Positions 49,085-59,469 of a DNA stretch of 64,000 nt are shown in pieces. The position numbers and the translations under genes were made by a program. This DNA comes from Candidatus Moranbacteria bacterium GW2011_GWE2_35_2- (GTDB taxonomy: Bacteria; Patescibacteriota; Minisyncoccia; Moranbacterales; UBA9337): positions 62,965 to 126,964 of the forward strand of contig LBQD01000001.1 in assembly GCA_000990585.1 (NCBI GenBank). Direction: 5' to 3'. Each line of letters opens with the position of its first letter. The first letter of the stretch is position 1. The notes beneath the pieces are model-generated. The model was not told the DNA's origin. It ran no database searches and was given only the letters and a program-made list of their open reading frames with translations.

Positions 49085-49891
49085 ATGAATATTGATATTG
49101 AAAAAATAAAAGAAATCGCCAAAAAATCCGGGGAAAAAGTTTTGGAATATTATTACAAAGATTATAATATTTCATACAAAGATAGTGGTGGCAAAAAATC
49201 ACCTTTGACTGAGGCGGATTTAGCGTCGAATAAAATAATCATGGAAGAACTTGAAAAATATAATTTTCCGATTTTGAGTGAAGAAACGGAAGATGATTTA
49301 TCAAGGCTTCAAAGTGAATATGTTTGGATTGTTGATCCGTTGGATGGTACGAGTGATTTTATGGAAAAGACCGGTGAATTTTCGATTCTTATCGGGTTAG
49401 TAAAAAATGGTGAGCCGGTTTTGGGTGTGGTTTTCGAGCCGGCAAAAAATACTTTTTATTGGGCAGAAAAAGGGAAAGGCGCTTTTATGGAAAAAAATGG
49501 AAAAATCAAAAAAATAAATGTTTCCAATGAGGATAATTTTCAAGATATGACTATTTTGCTCTCGCGAAATCATCTTTTGGAAAGCGATAAAAAACTTTGT
49601 GAAAATTTGAAAATAGGAAAACAAACAAAAAGAGGGTCGACTTCCAAGATGTGCGTGATTGCGCGTGGAGATGCGGAAATCTATGTAAATACCAGTGATA
49701 AAACGGGGGAGTGGGATACTTGCGCGCCACAAGTAGTCTTGACGGAAGCGGGAGGTAAAATCGTGGATATGCGGGGAAAAGAACTAATGTATAACAAAAA
49801 AAACCCGAAGAATCTTAATGGATTTGTGGTGTCAAATGGTGAAAATTATGCTAGAATAGTTGAGGAATTGAAAAGGGTAATAAAAAGTTAA
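49085..49891 (+). CDS. cysQ: 3'(2'),5'-bisphosphate nucleotidase CysQ (inositol monophosphatase family)
   Basis: WIVDPLDGT. The context with cysC and sat supports a PAP phosphatase. Confidence 0.75.
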   Translation: MNIDIEKIKEIAKKSGEKVLEYYYKDYNISYKDSGGKKSPLTEADLASNKIIMEELEKYNFPILSEETEDDLSRLQSEYVWIVDPLDGTSDFMEKTGEFSILIGLVKNGEPVLGVVFEPAKNTFYWAEKGKGAFMEKNGKIKKINVSNEDNFQDMTILLSRNHLLESDKKLCENLKIGKQTKRGSTSKMCVIARGDAEIYVNTSDKTGEWDTCAPQVVLTEAGGKIVDMRGKELMYNKKNPKNLNGFVVSNGENYARIVEELKRVIKS

Positions 49892-49905
49892 ATTCAATAA
49901 GAATA

Positions 49906-50427
49906 ATGAAAAAAGGAATAGTGATTTGGCTTACGGGCTTGCCGTGCAGTGGGAAAACAACATTATCCAAGGAAATCGAAAAATATTTTCAGCAAAAGAA
50001 TTTGCCTATTCAGAGATTGGATGGCGATGTGGTGCGTGAAACCATCAGCAAGGATTTGGGATTTTCAAAAAAAGATCGCGACATTAACATAGAACGCCTT
50101 TCATATGTGGCGCAGATGCTTTCGGATAATGGAGTGAATGTGGTGTCTGCTTTTGTTTCTCCATATCAAAAAATGCGTGATTTTACCAGAAGTCTTTGTG
50201 AAAATTTCGTAGAAGTTTATGTTAAATGCGATATTGAAGAATGCAAGAAAAGAGATGTAAAAGGAATGTATGCCAAAGCCGCCAAGGGACAAATAAAAGA
50301 TTTCACAGGAGTTGATGACCCTTACGAAAACCCAAAGAATCCGGAAATTGTCGTGAGTACGGAAAAAGAAAATATAAAAGAAAGTGTCGAGAAAATCATC
50401 AACTATCTTGAAAAAAATAACGGATGA
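49906..50427 (+). CDS. cysC: Adenylylsulfate (APS) kinase
   Basis: IWLTGLPCSGKTTL...LDGD..R. Confidence 0.9.
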   Translation: MKKGIVIWLTGLPCSGKTTLSKEIEKYFQQKNLPIQRLDGDVVRETISKDLGFSKKDRDINIERLSYVAQMLSDNGVNVVSAFVSPYQKMRDFTRSLCENFVEVYVKCDIEECKKRDVKGMYAKAAKGQIKDFTGVDDPYENPKNPEIVVSTEKENIKESVEKIINYLEKNNG

Positions 50428-51485
50428 AAAAAATAAAAGCATCGGATGAAATTATTCAGGAGGCGCGTAATATTGTTGATGGATTGTATTTTCCCCTACA
50501 AGGATTTTTGAATGAAGATGACTTACGATCAATCTTGGAAAATATGCGTCTTAAAAGCGGACAAGTTTGGTCTATGCCGGTTGTTTTTGATATTTCCGAG
50601 AATGAAGCGCAAGAATTGAAAAATGAAAATTCAATTATTATTACAAATAAAAAAGATGAATTTTTTGTGAAAGATATTTCAATTTTCAAGTGGGACAGGG
50701 AATTTTTTGTCAAAAATTTATATGGAACATTAGATGGCGCGCATCCGGGAGTCGAGCGGGCAATGAAAATGAAAAAATTTCTTTTGAGTGGAAAAGTTGA
50801 AAAAATCAGAAACAGTGAAAAACCGGGAGTTTTTCATTTGACCTCCGAGCAAGCCAAAGATATTTTCAAAAAGAATGGCTGGGCGAATGTAGTAGCTTTT
50901 CAGACTAGAAACCCGCCACATCGCAGTCACGAGCATTTGCAAAAAACCGCTCTTGCGGAAGTTGACGGAATTTTGATAAATCCGGTAATCGGATCCAAGA
51001 AATCCGGAGATTTTCGCGACAAGCATATCATCGGCGCCTATCAGAAACTTATCAAGCACCATTACGAGCCGGGAAAAGCAGTTTTGGGGACACTGCACAC
51101 CTTTATGCGTTATGCCGGTCCCAGAGAGGCGGTTTTCCACGCTTTGGTGCGACGCAATTTAGGCTGTACTCATATGATTATCGGGCGGGATCACGCCGGC
51201 GTGGGGGATTATTATGGGACATATGACGCGCAAAAGATTTTCGATAATTTTACAGAAGATGAATTGGGGATTAGAATATTAAGGTATGAAAATGTGACGT
51301 ATTGTCAGGGTTGTGGCGATATGTCCGAAGATGGAAGTTGCGACCACAGCCAAGACCAAAAAATTCATCTTTCCGGCACAAAATTGCGAGAAAAACTCAA
51401 TAATAACGAAGAAATCCCAGAAGAATTTATGCGAAAGGAAGTGATTGAGTATTTGAAGGATAATAAGGATGATTTGTTTGTGTGA
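50424..51485 (+). CDS. sat: Sulfate adenylyltransferase (ATP sulfurylase, homo-oligomeric type)
   Basis: QTRNPPHRSHE, GRDHAG. Confidence 0.9.
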   Translation: MKKIKASDEIIQEARNIVDGLYFPLQGFLNEDDLRSILENMRLKSGQVWSMPVVFDISENEAQELKNENSIIITNKKDEFFVKDISIFKWDREFFVKNLYGTLDGAHPGVERAMKMKKFLLSGKVEKIRNSEKPGVFHLTSEQAKDIFKKNGWANVVAFQTRNPPHRSHEHLQKTALAEVDGILINPVIGSKKSGDFRDKHIIGAYQKLIKHHYEPGKAVLGTLHTFMRYAGPREAVFHALVRRNLGCTHMIIGRDHAGVGDYYGTYDAQKIFDNFTEDELGIRILRYENVTYCQGCGDMSEDGSCDHSQDQKIHLSGTKLREKLNNNEEIPEEFMRKEVIEYLKDNKDDLFV

Positions 51486-51665
51486 TAAAGTGGGTTGTAC
51501 GTAATTTAGGTTCTATCATAAGTAAGATATGATGCAAGTAGTTAATTTTAACGATTTACATGATAAGGTGTTAAGAGATATCAAAAACAAATGAATTTTT
51601 ATATAAAAAATAATTCAAAAAGAGTAGTTATTGAAAAAATTCACATCTTATTTTTTGGACATAAA

Positions 51666-52910
51666 ATGAGTCCAATGATGAAAAATTTTTTAAAAAATAT
51701 TTCTTGGACATCTTTTGGTTTTCTTGTGAGTTCTTTGATATTATTTACAGTTAATGTGTTAGCAGGAAGGTTTCTAGGACCAAGCGGATATGGGGAATAT
51801 AATTTTATTTTATCCGTTGCATCAATTGTTTCACTGCTTATTATTATGGGATTTGATTCATCGTCTATTAAATATATATCCGAATCAAAAACAGATAAGG
51901 ACAAAAATGAATACTTATCGGGATCATTGTGGGTTGTAATATTCTTAGCAATAGTTGTTTTGGTTGTAGTATTTTTAGCTCAAAATATTTTAAAAATATT
52001 TTTTGATATAAAAGAAGAAATTATAATAGTGTCTGTATTTTATGCTGCTTTATTGGGAATAAGAAAAATTTTAAGCAGTTTTTTGTCTAGTTTGAATTTT
52101 TTTAAGTTTCAATCAGTAATTATGATAATAGAAAGTTTAGCGGTGATATTATTATTTTTATACTTGTTTGTTATCTTAGGCTATAACCATTATTTATATT
52201 ATATTATTTCACTGTCTTTTGGAATTTTGTTGTTTTGCCTAACGACAATATTGAAAATAAGAAAAAGAGTTTTAAGGTATGATATAGATAAGATTTTATT
52301 TTTAAAACGCTATGCTATAGTCGCCTTTTTAACAGCCTTGGCAATTGCAACTCCTGTATCGCTAATAAAATTGTTTATTGGTAAATATCTTAGTATCCAG
52401 GATCTTGGAATATTTAGTGCATATATGGCAGTGACGGCTATTTTTGTAGGACAATTTATCCTTATAATTAATAATGTTTTTTTTCCGATGGTAAGTTCGA
52501 TCAATGATAAGCGACCAATTATTAATAAAATAAATAAAATTTCTTTTATTAGTTTTATTCCAATCACAGTGATTATTTTTTTAGTGGCATTTTTCATGTT
52601 GAAATTTTATGGAGATAATTATAAATTTAATATAATTTATGTAGGCATGCTATCTGTTATTTCATCATTGTTGCTTATAAATAACTTTTACAGAGTAATA
52701 GTGCAAACATACAATGAATATTACTTTAAATTACATAAATTTAACTATGTAAATATTTTATTTCTAAGTGCAGGTCTTTTTTTTATCAACATACTAGCGT
52801 TAAATAAAATGGCTTATGTTATCGGTATGTATATGCTTTATGTAGTAATAAATTTCTTTGTTCTATTTTTATTTACAAATTACTATATATTTAAAAATAA
52901 AAATATATGA
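51666..52910 (+). CDS. Wzx-like polysaccharide flippase (MOP superfamily). The ORF is open from 51591 and the start is ambiguous
   Basis: 12-14 TM; N-terminus KNFLKNISWTSFG is typical of Wzx. Confidence 0.75.
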   Translation: MSPMMKNFLKNISWTSFGFLVSSLILFTVNVLAGRFLGPSGYGEYNFILSVASIVSLLIIMGFDSSSIKYISESKTDKDKNEYLSGSLWVVIFLAIVVLVVVFLAQNILKIFFDIKEEIIIVSVFYAALLGIRKILSSFLSSLNFFKFQSVIMIIESLAVILLFLYLFVILGYNHYLYYIISLSFGILLFCLTTILKIRKRVLRYDIDKILFLKRYAIVAFLTALAIATPVSLIKLFIGKYLSIQDLGIFSAYMAVTAIFVGQFILIINNVFFPMVSSINDKRPIINKINKISFISFIPITVIIFLVAFFMLKFYGDNYKFNIIYVGMLSVISSLLLINNFYRVIVQTYNEYYFKLHKFNYVNILFLSAGLFFINILALNKMAYVIGMYMLYVVINFFVLFLFTNYYIFKNKNI

Positions 52911-53833
52911 ATAAAATTAAACTCCCATTTTTTATTGTCGGATCAGGACGTTCCGGAACGACATTATTACAATCTATGATCATGACAATTCAAGGAATAT
53001 ACATACCGCCAGAAACTAAATTACTTGGTTTGATAGAAAATATTGAAACTTTTCATGGATCAATTACTAATAATAAATCTTTCAGGCTATTGATTTATGA
53101 GATAATTAATCTATGTAAAAGAGATGAATTTCCTGTTAATTTAGTAAAATTAAAAAAAGAGCTAACGTTAATAAATAGAACGAGAAGATCAGTATTCGAT
53201 GTATTGTTATATCATATTCAAAAGCAAAGTGGTTGCAGGAGAATTGGAGAAAAATCACCTTTGCATCTTGAATATTCTAAGGATATTTTGAAAATATTTC
53301 CTGATGGAAAAATTATTGCAATAATACGTGATGGTCGTGATGTTGCATCTAGTCAGAAGGAAATTTTTAAGTTGAATGTGCTACACACTGCTCTTGTTTG
53401 GAGAAGAGATCAACAACTTATTGATAAATATTTAAAATCAGTATCGAGAGAGAGATTTATGGCTATTAGGTATGAAGACTTAATTGCTAATCCTAAAAAA
53501 GAGCTGAAAAATATCTGTCTTTTTTTAAAAGAAGATTTCAATGAATCGATGCTGGAGTTTTATAAAAGAAAAAATATTGGATTTGCAAAAAGAGAAAAGC
53601 ATAAATATGATACGCAAAAGCCAATATTCAATACAAAGCAAAATCGATATAAAAATGATTTATCCGATAGAGAAATAGCCCTTTTTGAGTTAATTGCTAA
53701 AAAACAGCTTATTGATAATAATTATAAATTAGAAAAAAAATATGTTATAGGGGGAATTTTTCAGATAATAATATGTATGCCATCCTTGATTTATGTTAAA
53801 TTAAAATGGATTATAAATAATTTGATTAGATAA
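52907..53833 (+). CDS. PAPS-dependent sulfotransferase
   Basis: 5'-PSB motif FFIVGSGRSGTTLL and 3'-PB motif IIRDGRDVASS. Confidence 0.85.
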   Translation: MNKIKLPFFIVGSGRSGTTLLQSMIMTIQGIYIPPETKLLGLIENIETFHGSITNNKSFRLLIYEIINLCKRDEFPVNLVKLKKELTLINRTRRSVFDVLLYHIQKQSGCRRIGEKSPLHLEYSKDILKIFPDGKIIAIIRDGRDVASSQKEIFKLNVLHTALVWRRDQQLIDKYLKSVSRERFMAIRYEDLIANPKKELKNICLFLKEDFNESMLEFYKRKNIGFAKREKHKYDTQKPIFNTKQNRYKNDLSDREIALFELIAKKQLIDNNYKLEKKYVIGGIFQIIICMPSLIYVKLKWIINNLIR

Positions 53834-53837
53834 AAAA

Positions 53838-55934
53838 ATGCTTGATAATTTATTAATGATATTTATTTTTTTCATAGTTCCATCAGTACTTGTTCTTAAT
53901 TTTCTCATAATTAAAAATCGAGGAAAGATCAGTATTTTTTTTATCACTCTTATTTCATTAGGGGTGGGCCCATTAATAAATGGATTATTATTCTTTTATT
54001 TGATGTGGTTTTTTCCCGAAAAAAGTGATTTATTTTATATATTGTCCCTATTGCTTTTTTGGGTAATTCCTGTTGTTTATTTGATTATTTCAATAAGATC
54101 TTTTTGTGAATTTTTATATTTGTTTATAGAAAAAATAGTTAATAAAAAAAATATAATTTATGATAGAAAATTTTTAGTGGGATATTTAATCATTGTCTTT
54201 GCTATTAGTATATTTATAACTCAGGCATTATTTTACCCCGCGGCAGATAATGATAGATCCTTATATTTAAATCAATCCGAGGCTATTTATGGGAGTAAAA
54301 ATTTTGATTGGAGAACAGAAAATAAAAATGTAATAATAAGAGGAAATGATGAATATAAATATAACCCTGCGATTAGACCGGGAATACCGTTTTCGATGAT
54401 TGTGACCTACGCATACAATGAGGATTATGATAGCAGGGATTTTTTTATTAGATTTCAGTCTGTGTATTATTATGTATTACTTTTATTATTATTCATTCTT
54501 GTTGTTTATCGATTTTCATTGAAGATTGATATTGATCCAGGAAAATCATTATTTTCATCATTGATTTTATTCGTTTTTTCTTCTGGATTGAGTCGGATGG
54601 TTATTTTCGGAAGTAAAGAAACGGCAATATATTTTTTTGCATTAGCTAGTCTCTATTTACTTATTGAAACGAATTTGTTAAAAAAAAGAGATTTATATAC
54701 TGAGTTTATTTTGGGAGTAGTTTTAGGACTTAATTCTTTTATAAATTTGCATGGTACTTTTGTCGCAGGAATAATAATTATATTAGTATTTTTATTTTCA
54801 AAAATAAAAATCGTAAAAAGAATTTCCCAAGTGTTTTCATTGGTTTTAATGATGTTTATTTTCGGAGGTATGGAAATTTTTTCTTTGGTTAAATTGATAT
54901 TTTTCAATAGAGTAATGGTGTCATCAGTGGGCGATAATACCATGTCAATTAGCAAGTTATCTAATGATATAGCAACAGTTGCCACAAGAAATAAAGAGAA
55001 TCTTACAAATATATATCAAACAAATAATATAACAGATACATATCTTAAGGGAAGATTGCAGATTCTGACTAATATTGGATATTTTGGATATCATTTCTGG
55101 ATATTTTTGATTATTATTTTTTTTAAGTGGAAAGATATTCTTAAAACACATTTTGGAAAAATAGTTAGTGTTTTTATTTTAATTTATTTTGTATTAGTGT
55201 TAGATCCATTTAATTTAAATTCCAATAGATATGCAGATATTCTATGGGGAAGTGTTAAATACGCTATGCTAGTACTTCTTTTGAGTATTATATTTTCAGG
55301 AACATTCATTCATTTATTTATGAAAAATATTGTTGATTTTATCGTAAGAAGAAGAAGATATTTAATAGTATCTGTATCAATATTTTTAATGTCCGCATAT
55401 TTTTTTTATAAACAAATAAGGGAAATTGGATTAAGTATGCTATTCTCGGTTATAAAAATCTATAAGGATACGTCTTTTTATGAGCAAAAATTCGATATAT
55501 ATTTTAAATTTCTGTTATTGATTTTAGTGGTATTTATTCTTGCTTTAATTCTTTATAGATTAATAGATAGTAAAAATTTTAATTTTATTATTTTCTCAAT
55601 GATTTGGCTGGTTATTATTACTCCATTTTTTATAATTGATATGGGAAAAGTTCCTATTTTAAAAACTTTTTCTTATGTTAAATATAAAAAGGAAGAAAAA
55701 TTGAAAAATATGGTTATGAATGGGGATGTATTTGATGTGTATTTTTACGCAAAAAAAATATTACCCAAAGATTCTGTTTTAATGACTGGGTTTAATGAGA
55801 TATTTCCATATGATGATCATTTTTCTTTGACAAAAAGAAAAACAAAAGATACATCATATTCAATATCTAAAAAATGCGACGTTGATTCAAAGATTCTATA
55901 TGAAAAAAATGGAATTTTTCTTTGTTCTAAGTGA
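53838..55934 (+). CDS. Large polytopic membrane protein (698 aa), putative Wzy-like polymerase or GT-C glycosyltransferase
   Basis: >14 TM segments; no catalytic motif recognised; context only. Confidence 0.4.
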   Translation: MLDNLLMIFIFFIVPSVLVLNFLIIKNRGKISIFFITLISLGVGPLINGLLFFYLMWFFPEKSDLFYILSLLLFWVIPVVYLIISIRSFCEFLYLFIEKIVNKKNIIYDRKFLVGYLIIVFAISIFITQALFYPAADNDRSLYLNQSEAIYGSKNFDWRTENKNVIIRGNDEYKYNPAIRPGIPFSMIVTYAYNEDYDSRDFFIRFQSVYYYVLLLLLFILVVYRFSLKIDIDPGKSLFSSLILFVFSSGLSRMVIFGSKETAIYFFALASLYLLIETNLLKKRDLYTEFILGVVLGLNSFINLHGTFVAGIIIILVFLFSKIKIVKRISQVFSLVLMMFIFGGMEIFSLVKLIFFNRVMVSSVGDNTMSISKLSNDIATVATRNKENLTNIYQTNNITDTYLKGRLQILTNIGYFGYHFWIFLIIIFFKWKDILKTHFGKIVSVFILIYFVLVLDPFNLNSNRYADILWGSVKYAMLVLLLSIIFSGTFIHLFMKNIVDFIVRRRRYLIVSVSIFLMSAYFFYKQIREIGLSMLFSVIKIYKDTSFYEQKFDIYFKFLLLILVVFILALILYRLIDSKNFNFIIFSMIWLVIITPFFIIDMGKVPILKTFSYVKYKKEEKLKNMVMNGDVFDVYFYAKKILPKDSVLMTGFNEIFPYDDHFSLTKRKTKDTSYSISKKCDVDSKILYEKNGIFLCSK

Positions 55935-56636
55935 GGTTATTTCTTTTCTTGCTTTAATTATAATATTTGGGAGAAGTAGAGATCCCCACCAGTTTCTGAA
56001 GTTTAAAAATATTCCTGAGCCGGTAGTTTTTTCTATAATAAAATTCTCTTCTTTGAGGGCTTTTTGCAAATCTTTTCTGGTAAAATATCCAATATGACCG
56101 CCATCCCATCCGTAACCCCAAGACGTTCTTGGTCTTATTCCGAAAAGGAATTTTAAACGATAGGGAAGGAAGACAATATTGGGAACTTCCAAAATAAAAA
56201 CTCCTCTTGGTTTTGTTATTCTCGCAACTTCCTTGATTGCAAAAATTGGATCGAATACATGTTCAAGGGTTGCAATCATAAATACTAGATCGAATTTTTC
56301 TTTTTCAAAAGTTAATCCGTCGTCGATGTTTTGAAAAGAAAAATTTTTTTCAAAATCTTTGAATTTTTCTTTGCAAGTTTCTACTGATTTTTTGCAGACA
56401 TCAATTCCAAATATATTTGCTTTTGGATTATCCTCCTTGAATCTTCGCAAAAGCTCTCCCTCATCGCATCCAATATCCAAAACAGCCGAAACATTTTTAG
56501 GGGATAATTTTAGCGCAACGTCTTTTCGTGTTATTTCGTATTTTGTGAGCTTATCATGCAGATAACCGAGAAATCCCAGTTGCGCAATATTCTTAGATCT
56601 GTTGTCGTAAAATTTATTGACGAAATTATTACTCAT
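55896..56636 (-). CDS. Class I SAM-dependent methyltransferase
   Basis: VLDIGCDEGELL motif I. Confidence 0.8.
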   Translation of the reverse strand: MSNNFVNKFYDNRSKNIAQLGFLGYLHDKLTKYEITRKDVALKLSPKNVSAVLDIGCDEGELLRRFKEDNPKANIFGIDVCKKSVETCKEKFKDFEKNFSFQNIDDGLTFEKEKFDLVFMIATLEHVFDPIFAIKEVARITKPRGVFILEVPNIVFLPYRLKFLFGIRPRTSWGYGWDGGHIGYFTRKDLQKALKEENFIIEKTTGSGIFLNFRNWWGSLLLPNIIIKARKEITSLRTKKNSIFFI

Positions 56637-56641
56637 TTTTT

Positions 56642-57796
56642 TTATTTTTCGATGAATGTTTTAATATTTTTTATAACATAATCAATTTCATTTTTAGATA
56701 AGTCGTAATAAAAAGGCAGTCGTAATATTCTCGAACTCAGTGATTCTGTATTTTTAAGGTCATTTTTTTTGTAGCCAAATTTTCTGCCCATTTTTGAAGA
56801 ATGAAGTGGAAGGTAATGGAATACCGCTAATATATTGTTGGTTTTTAGAAATCTCATTAAGTCATTTCTCCTTTTTTCTGTCGGTAATACAATATAAAAC
56901 ATATGATAATTTTGATTGCAACTTTCTGGAACACTTGGCAATCGAAGAAGTTTTTTTTCTTCCAGTGATCTTAGTTTTTTATAATAATATTCAAAAATGC
57001 TTTTTCTTTTTTTCTGTATTCGATCCATTTTTTCAAGTTGAGCATAAAGAGTGGCGGCTATGATCTCGGAAGGAAGATATGATGAACCTAAATCAACCCA
57101 TCCGTATTTATTTACTTCTCCACGAAAAAATTTACTGCGATTAGTTCCTTTTTCGCGAATAATTTCTGCTCTTTCGATGAATTTTTTGTTATTTATGACG
57201 AGAGCTCCTCCTTCACCACAAGAATAATTTTTGGTTTCATGAAAACTGTATATTCCAAGATCCCCGATAGTTCCAAGATATTTATTTTTGTATTTAGCAT
57301 TAACCCCCTGAGCGGCATCTTCCACTACGTAAAGTTTGTATTTCTCGGCTATTTTAATTATTGTATCCATTTCACAAGCAACGCCAGCATAGTGCACAAC
57401 AAAGATTGCCTTGGTTTTATTGGTTATTTTTTCTTCAATTAAATTTTCATCAATGTTTAGGGTGTCTTCTCTTATATCGACAAAAATAGGGATGGCTCCT
57501 TGTAAAACAAAAGCATTCGCCGTGGAGGTGAATGTATATGATGGAACAATGACTTCATCTCCGGGCTTAAGATTTAAGAGCAGGGCGGCCATATCTAAAG
57601 CATGTGTCCCTGAAGTGGTCAATAAAACTTTTTTTGCATTAAATTTTTCTTCCATCAGTAGGGAGCATTTTTTTGTAAATTCTCCGTCTCCGGAAAGTTT
57701 TCTATTTTTAAAAACTTCTGAGATGTATCTCAGCTCATTTCCAGCATATGCAGGAATGTTGAATAATATTTTCATAGGGGGTGTTTTATGGTTCAA
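56642..57796 (-). CDS. DegT/DnrJ/EryC1 family PLP-dependent sugar aminotransferase (WecE-like dTDP-4-keto-6-deoxyhexose transaminase)
   Basis: ...SGTHAL..., PSYTFTSTANA, FHETKN. Confidence 0.85.
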   Translation of the reverse strand: MNHKTPPMKILFNIPAYAGNELRYISEVFKNRKLSGDGEFTKKCSLLMEEKFNAKKVLLTTSGTHALDMAALLLNLKPGDEVIVPSYTFTSTANAFVLQGAIPIFVDIREDTLNIDENLIEEKITNKTKAIFVVHYAGVACEMDTIIKIAEKYKLYVVEDAAQGVNAKYKNKYLGTIGDLGIYSFHETKNYSCGEGGALVINNKKFIERAEIIREKGTNRSKFFRGEVNKYGWVDLGSSYLPSEIIAATLYAQLEKMDRIQKKRKSIFEYYYKKLRSLEEKKLLRLPSVPESCNQNYHMFYIVLPTEKRRNDLMRFLKTNNILAVFHYLPLHSSKMGRKFGYKKNDLKNTESLSSRILRLPFYYDLSKNEIDYVIKNIKTFIEK

Positions 57797-58187
57797 AGAT
57801 ATAGTATTTTAGTTTAAATCCAGCTTTTTCAAATAATTTCATACTAGGATTGTTATCAATTTTTATTTTTGCCTGGATATTTTTATTTTTTTTCATCAAT
57901 TCCTTGACCATAAATAGACCTATACCGTTTCCTTGATATTTTGGATGGGTAGCAATTCGTATATCTCCATCTATGGTTCCAATGAATCCAGCTGGATTTC
58001 CATCCACAAGACAGATGTAATAATTTTCTTTATATTTTTTCATGTATTCAACTTGTTGAGCGGGAGTAATATTAACCTGCTCGATGAATCCTTTTTGCAC
58101 GATAGTGTCATTTCGCAAAAGTCGCATAAATTCGTAATATTTCTCAGAATTTTTCACAAATTCAATTTTTTTCGGTATTTTTTTCAT
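57786..58187 (-). CDS. GNAT family N-acetyltransferase (WecD-like candidate)
   Basis: ...QGNGIG...; size and fold pattern; adjacent to the aminotransferase. Confidence 0.65.
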   Translation of the reverse strand: MKKIPKKIEFVKNSEKYYEFMRLLRNDTIVQKGFIEQVNITPAQQVEYMKKYKENYYICLVDGNPAGFIGTIDGDIRIATHPKYQGNGIGLFMVKELMKKNKNIQAKIKIDNNPSMKLFEKAGFKLKYYIFEP

Positions 58188-59469
58188 TGATTTTATCTTG
58201 AAGTAATTTGTTTAAAAAATCCAAATAATGCCTAATTATTATATCATTTGTGCATACCTGTGTCGAATTTTTTGTACCATCCTTATTTTCTTTGAATAGG
58301 ACGGTTTGTAGATTATCCGAAAAATTTTCGTATTTAAAATTCTCAGTACAGTATCCATTTACTCCTGGAATTATCAAGTCAGGGGCTATTCCGATGTTAT
58401 AGGCGACAACTGGAGTGCCACAAGCAATTGATTGGTTGACCATAATTGGTCCAGCATCTTCAATTGATGGACTTGCGAATACGTTTGCGGATTGATAGGC
58501 GAGTGCTAATTTTTTGATATCTTGGATCCATCCAAGGTGGGTGTGTTTGAAAATATGATTTAAACTAGGTATTTCTCTGCCGGCGGAAACCAGCAGGATT
58601 GATTTTTCTTGTTCGAAGGAAAGGGTTTTTTTGAGATTTTCCAGGGATTTAATCAGATAGTCCATTCCCTTCCTTTCATCTTGGAAATCTTGAGAGCCGA
58701 AAAATATTATTTTGTTTTCGATCGGAAGATTGAGATTTTTTCTCGCTAGTGATTTGTTTATTTTTTTAAATATGTTTTCGTCAATATTCAAAAATATTTT
58801 TTCAACAGGTCTGTTTTTAAATAACGAGCTTTCTTTGATCTTTGATTCTACCCATGATGATGTTCCTATGAAATACAGTTCGAGATCTGATAGATATTTT
58901 CTTTTATTTTCCCATATTTTTCTGGAACGGTCATTTGCTTTATCTGACTTCAGTTGCGGGCACTTTCCGCATGAATTCTTGAATCCTGGACAAGCTCCTG
59001 GATAATGGCAGCCACCGGTTATCGGTTCCAAATCCTGCATTATCCATATTATTCGAGCCCCGCTATATTTTTGGATGTGGTTTATTAGTTTGGGAGTCAG
59101 AAATCCGTCCGTCCAGTGAATGAATATGAAATCAGTGGATTCGATATGTGGTTTTATCGATTCGAAATCTACCGGACTCTCATTGCTGTTGAAAACGTTG
59201 AGTATTTCGTAGCGGTTGATTTTTTTGAGTAAACGTTTTATTTTGCCGAAAACAAAATAGGTGAGGGGATTTCTCAAAAGGTGTTGAAAAAATTTTCCAT
59301 TAAAAAATCCGCCATTTATTCCGATAACGGATGGGTCTTGTGAGCTTTTGTAGCGCACTAACATTAGTGATTCCATATTATCGGTTTGATTGAATAATTT
59401 GTGAAGTTGATAGGCTGCCATTGCAGCTCCTCCGTTTTGGTCAAACGTATTAAAATGGACTATTTTCAT
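58162..59469 (-). CDS. Glycosyltransferase (GT4-like C-terminal domain) with an internal Cys cluster
   Basis: C-terminal ...ASPSIEDAGPIMVNQSIACGTPVVA...; GGCHYPGACPGFKNSCGKCP. Confidence 0.65.
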   Translation of the reverse strand: MKIVHFNTFDQNGGAAMAAYQLHKLFNQTDNMESLMLVRYKSSQDPSVIGINGGFFNGKFFQHLLRNPLTYFVFGKIKRLLKKINRYEILNVFNSNESPVDFESIKPHIESTDFIFIHWTDGFLTPKLINHIQKYSGARIIWIMQDLEPITGGCHYPGACPGFKNSCGKCPQLKSDKANDRSRKIWENKRKYLSDLELYFIGTSSWVESKIKESSLFKNRPVEKIFLNIDENIFKKINKSLARKNLNLPIENKIIFFGSQDFQDERKGMDYLIKSLENLKKTLSFEQEKSILLVSAGREIPSLNHIFKHTHLGWIQDIKKLALAYQSANVFASPSIEDAGPIMVNQSIACGTPVVAYNIGIAPDLIIPGVNGYCTENFKYENFSDNLQTVLFKENKDGTKNSTQVCTNDIIIRHYLDFLNKLLQDKINEKNTEKN

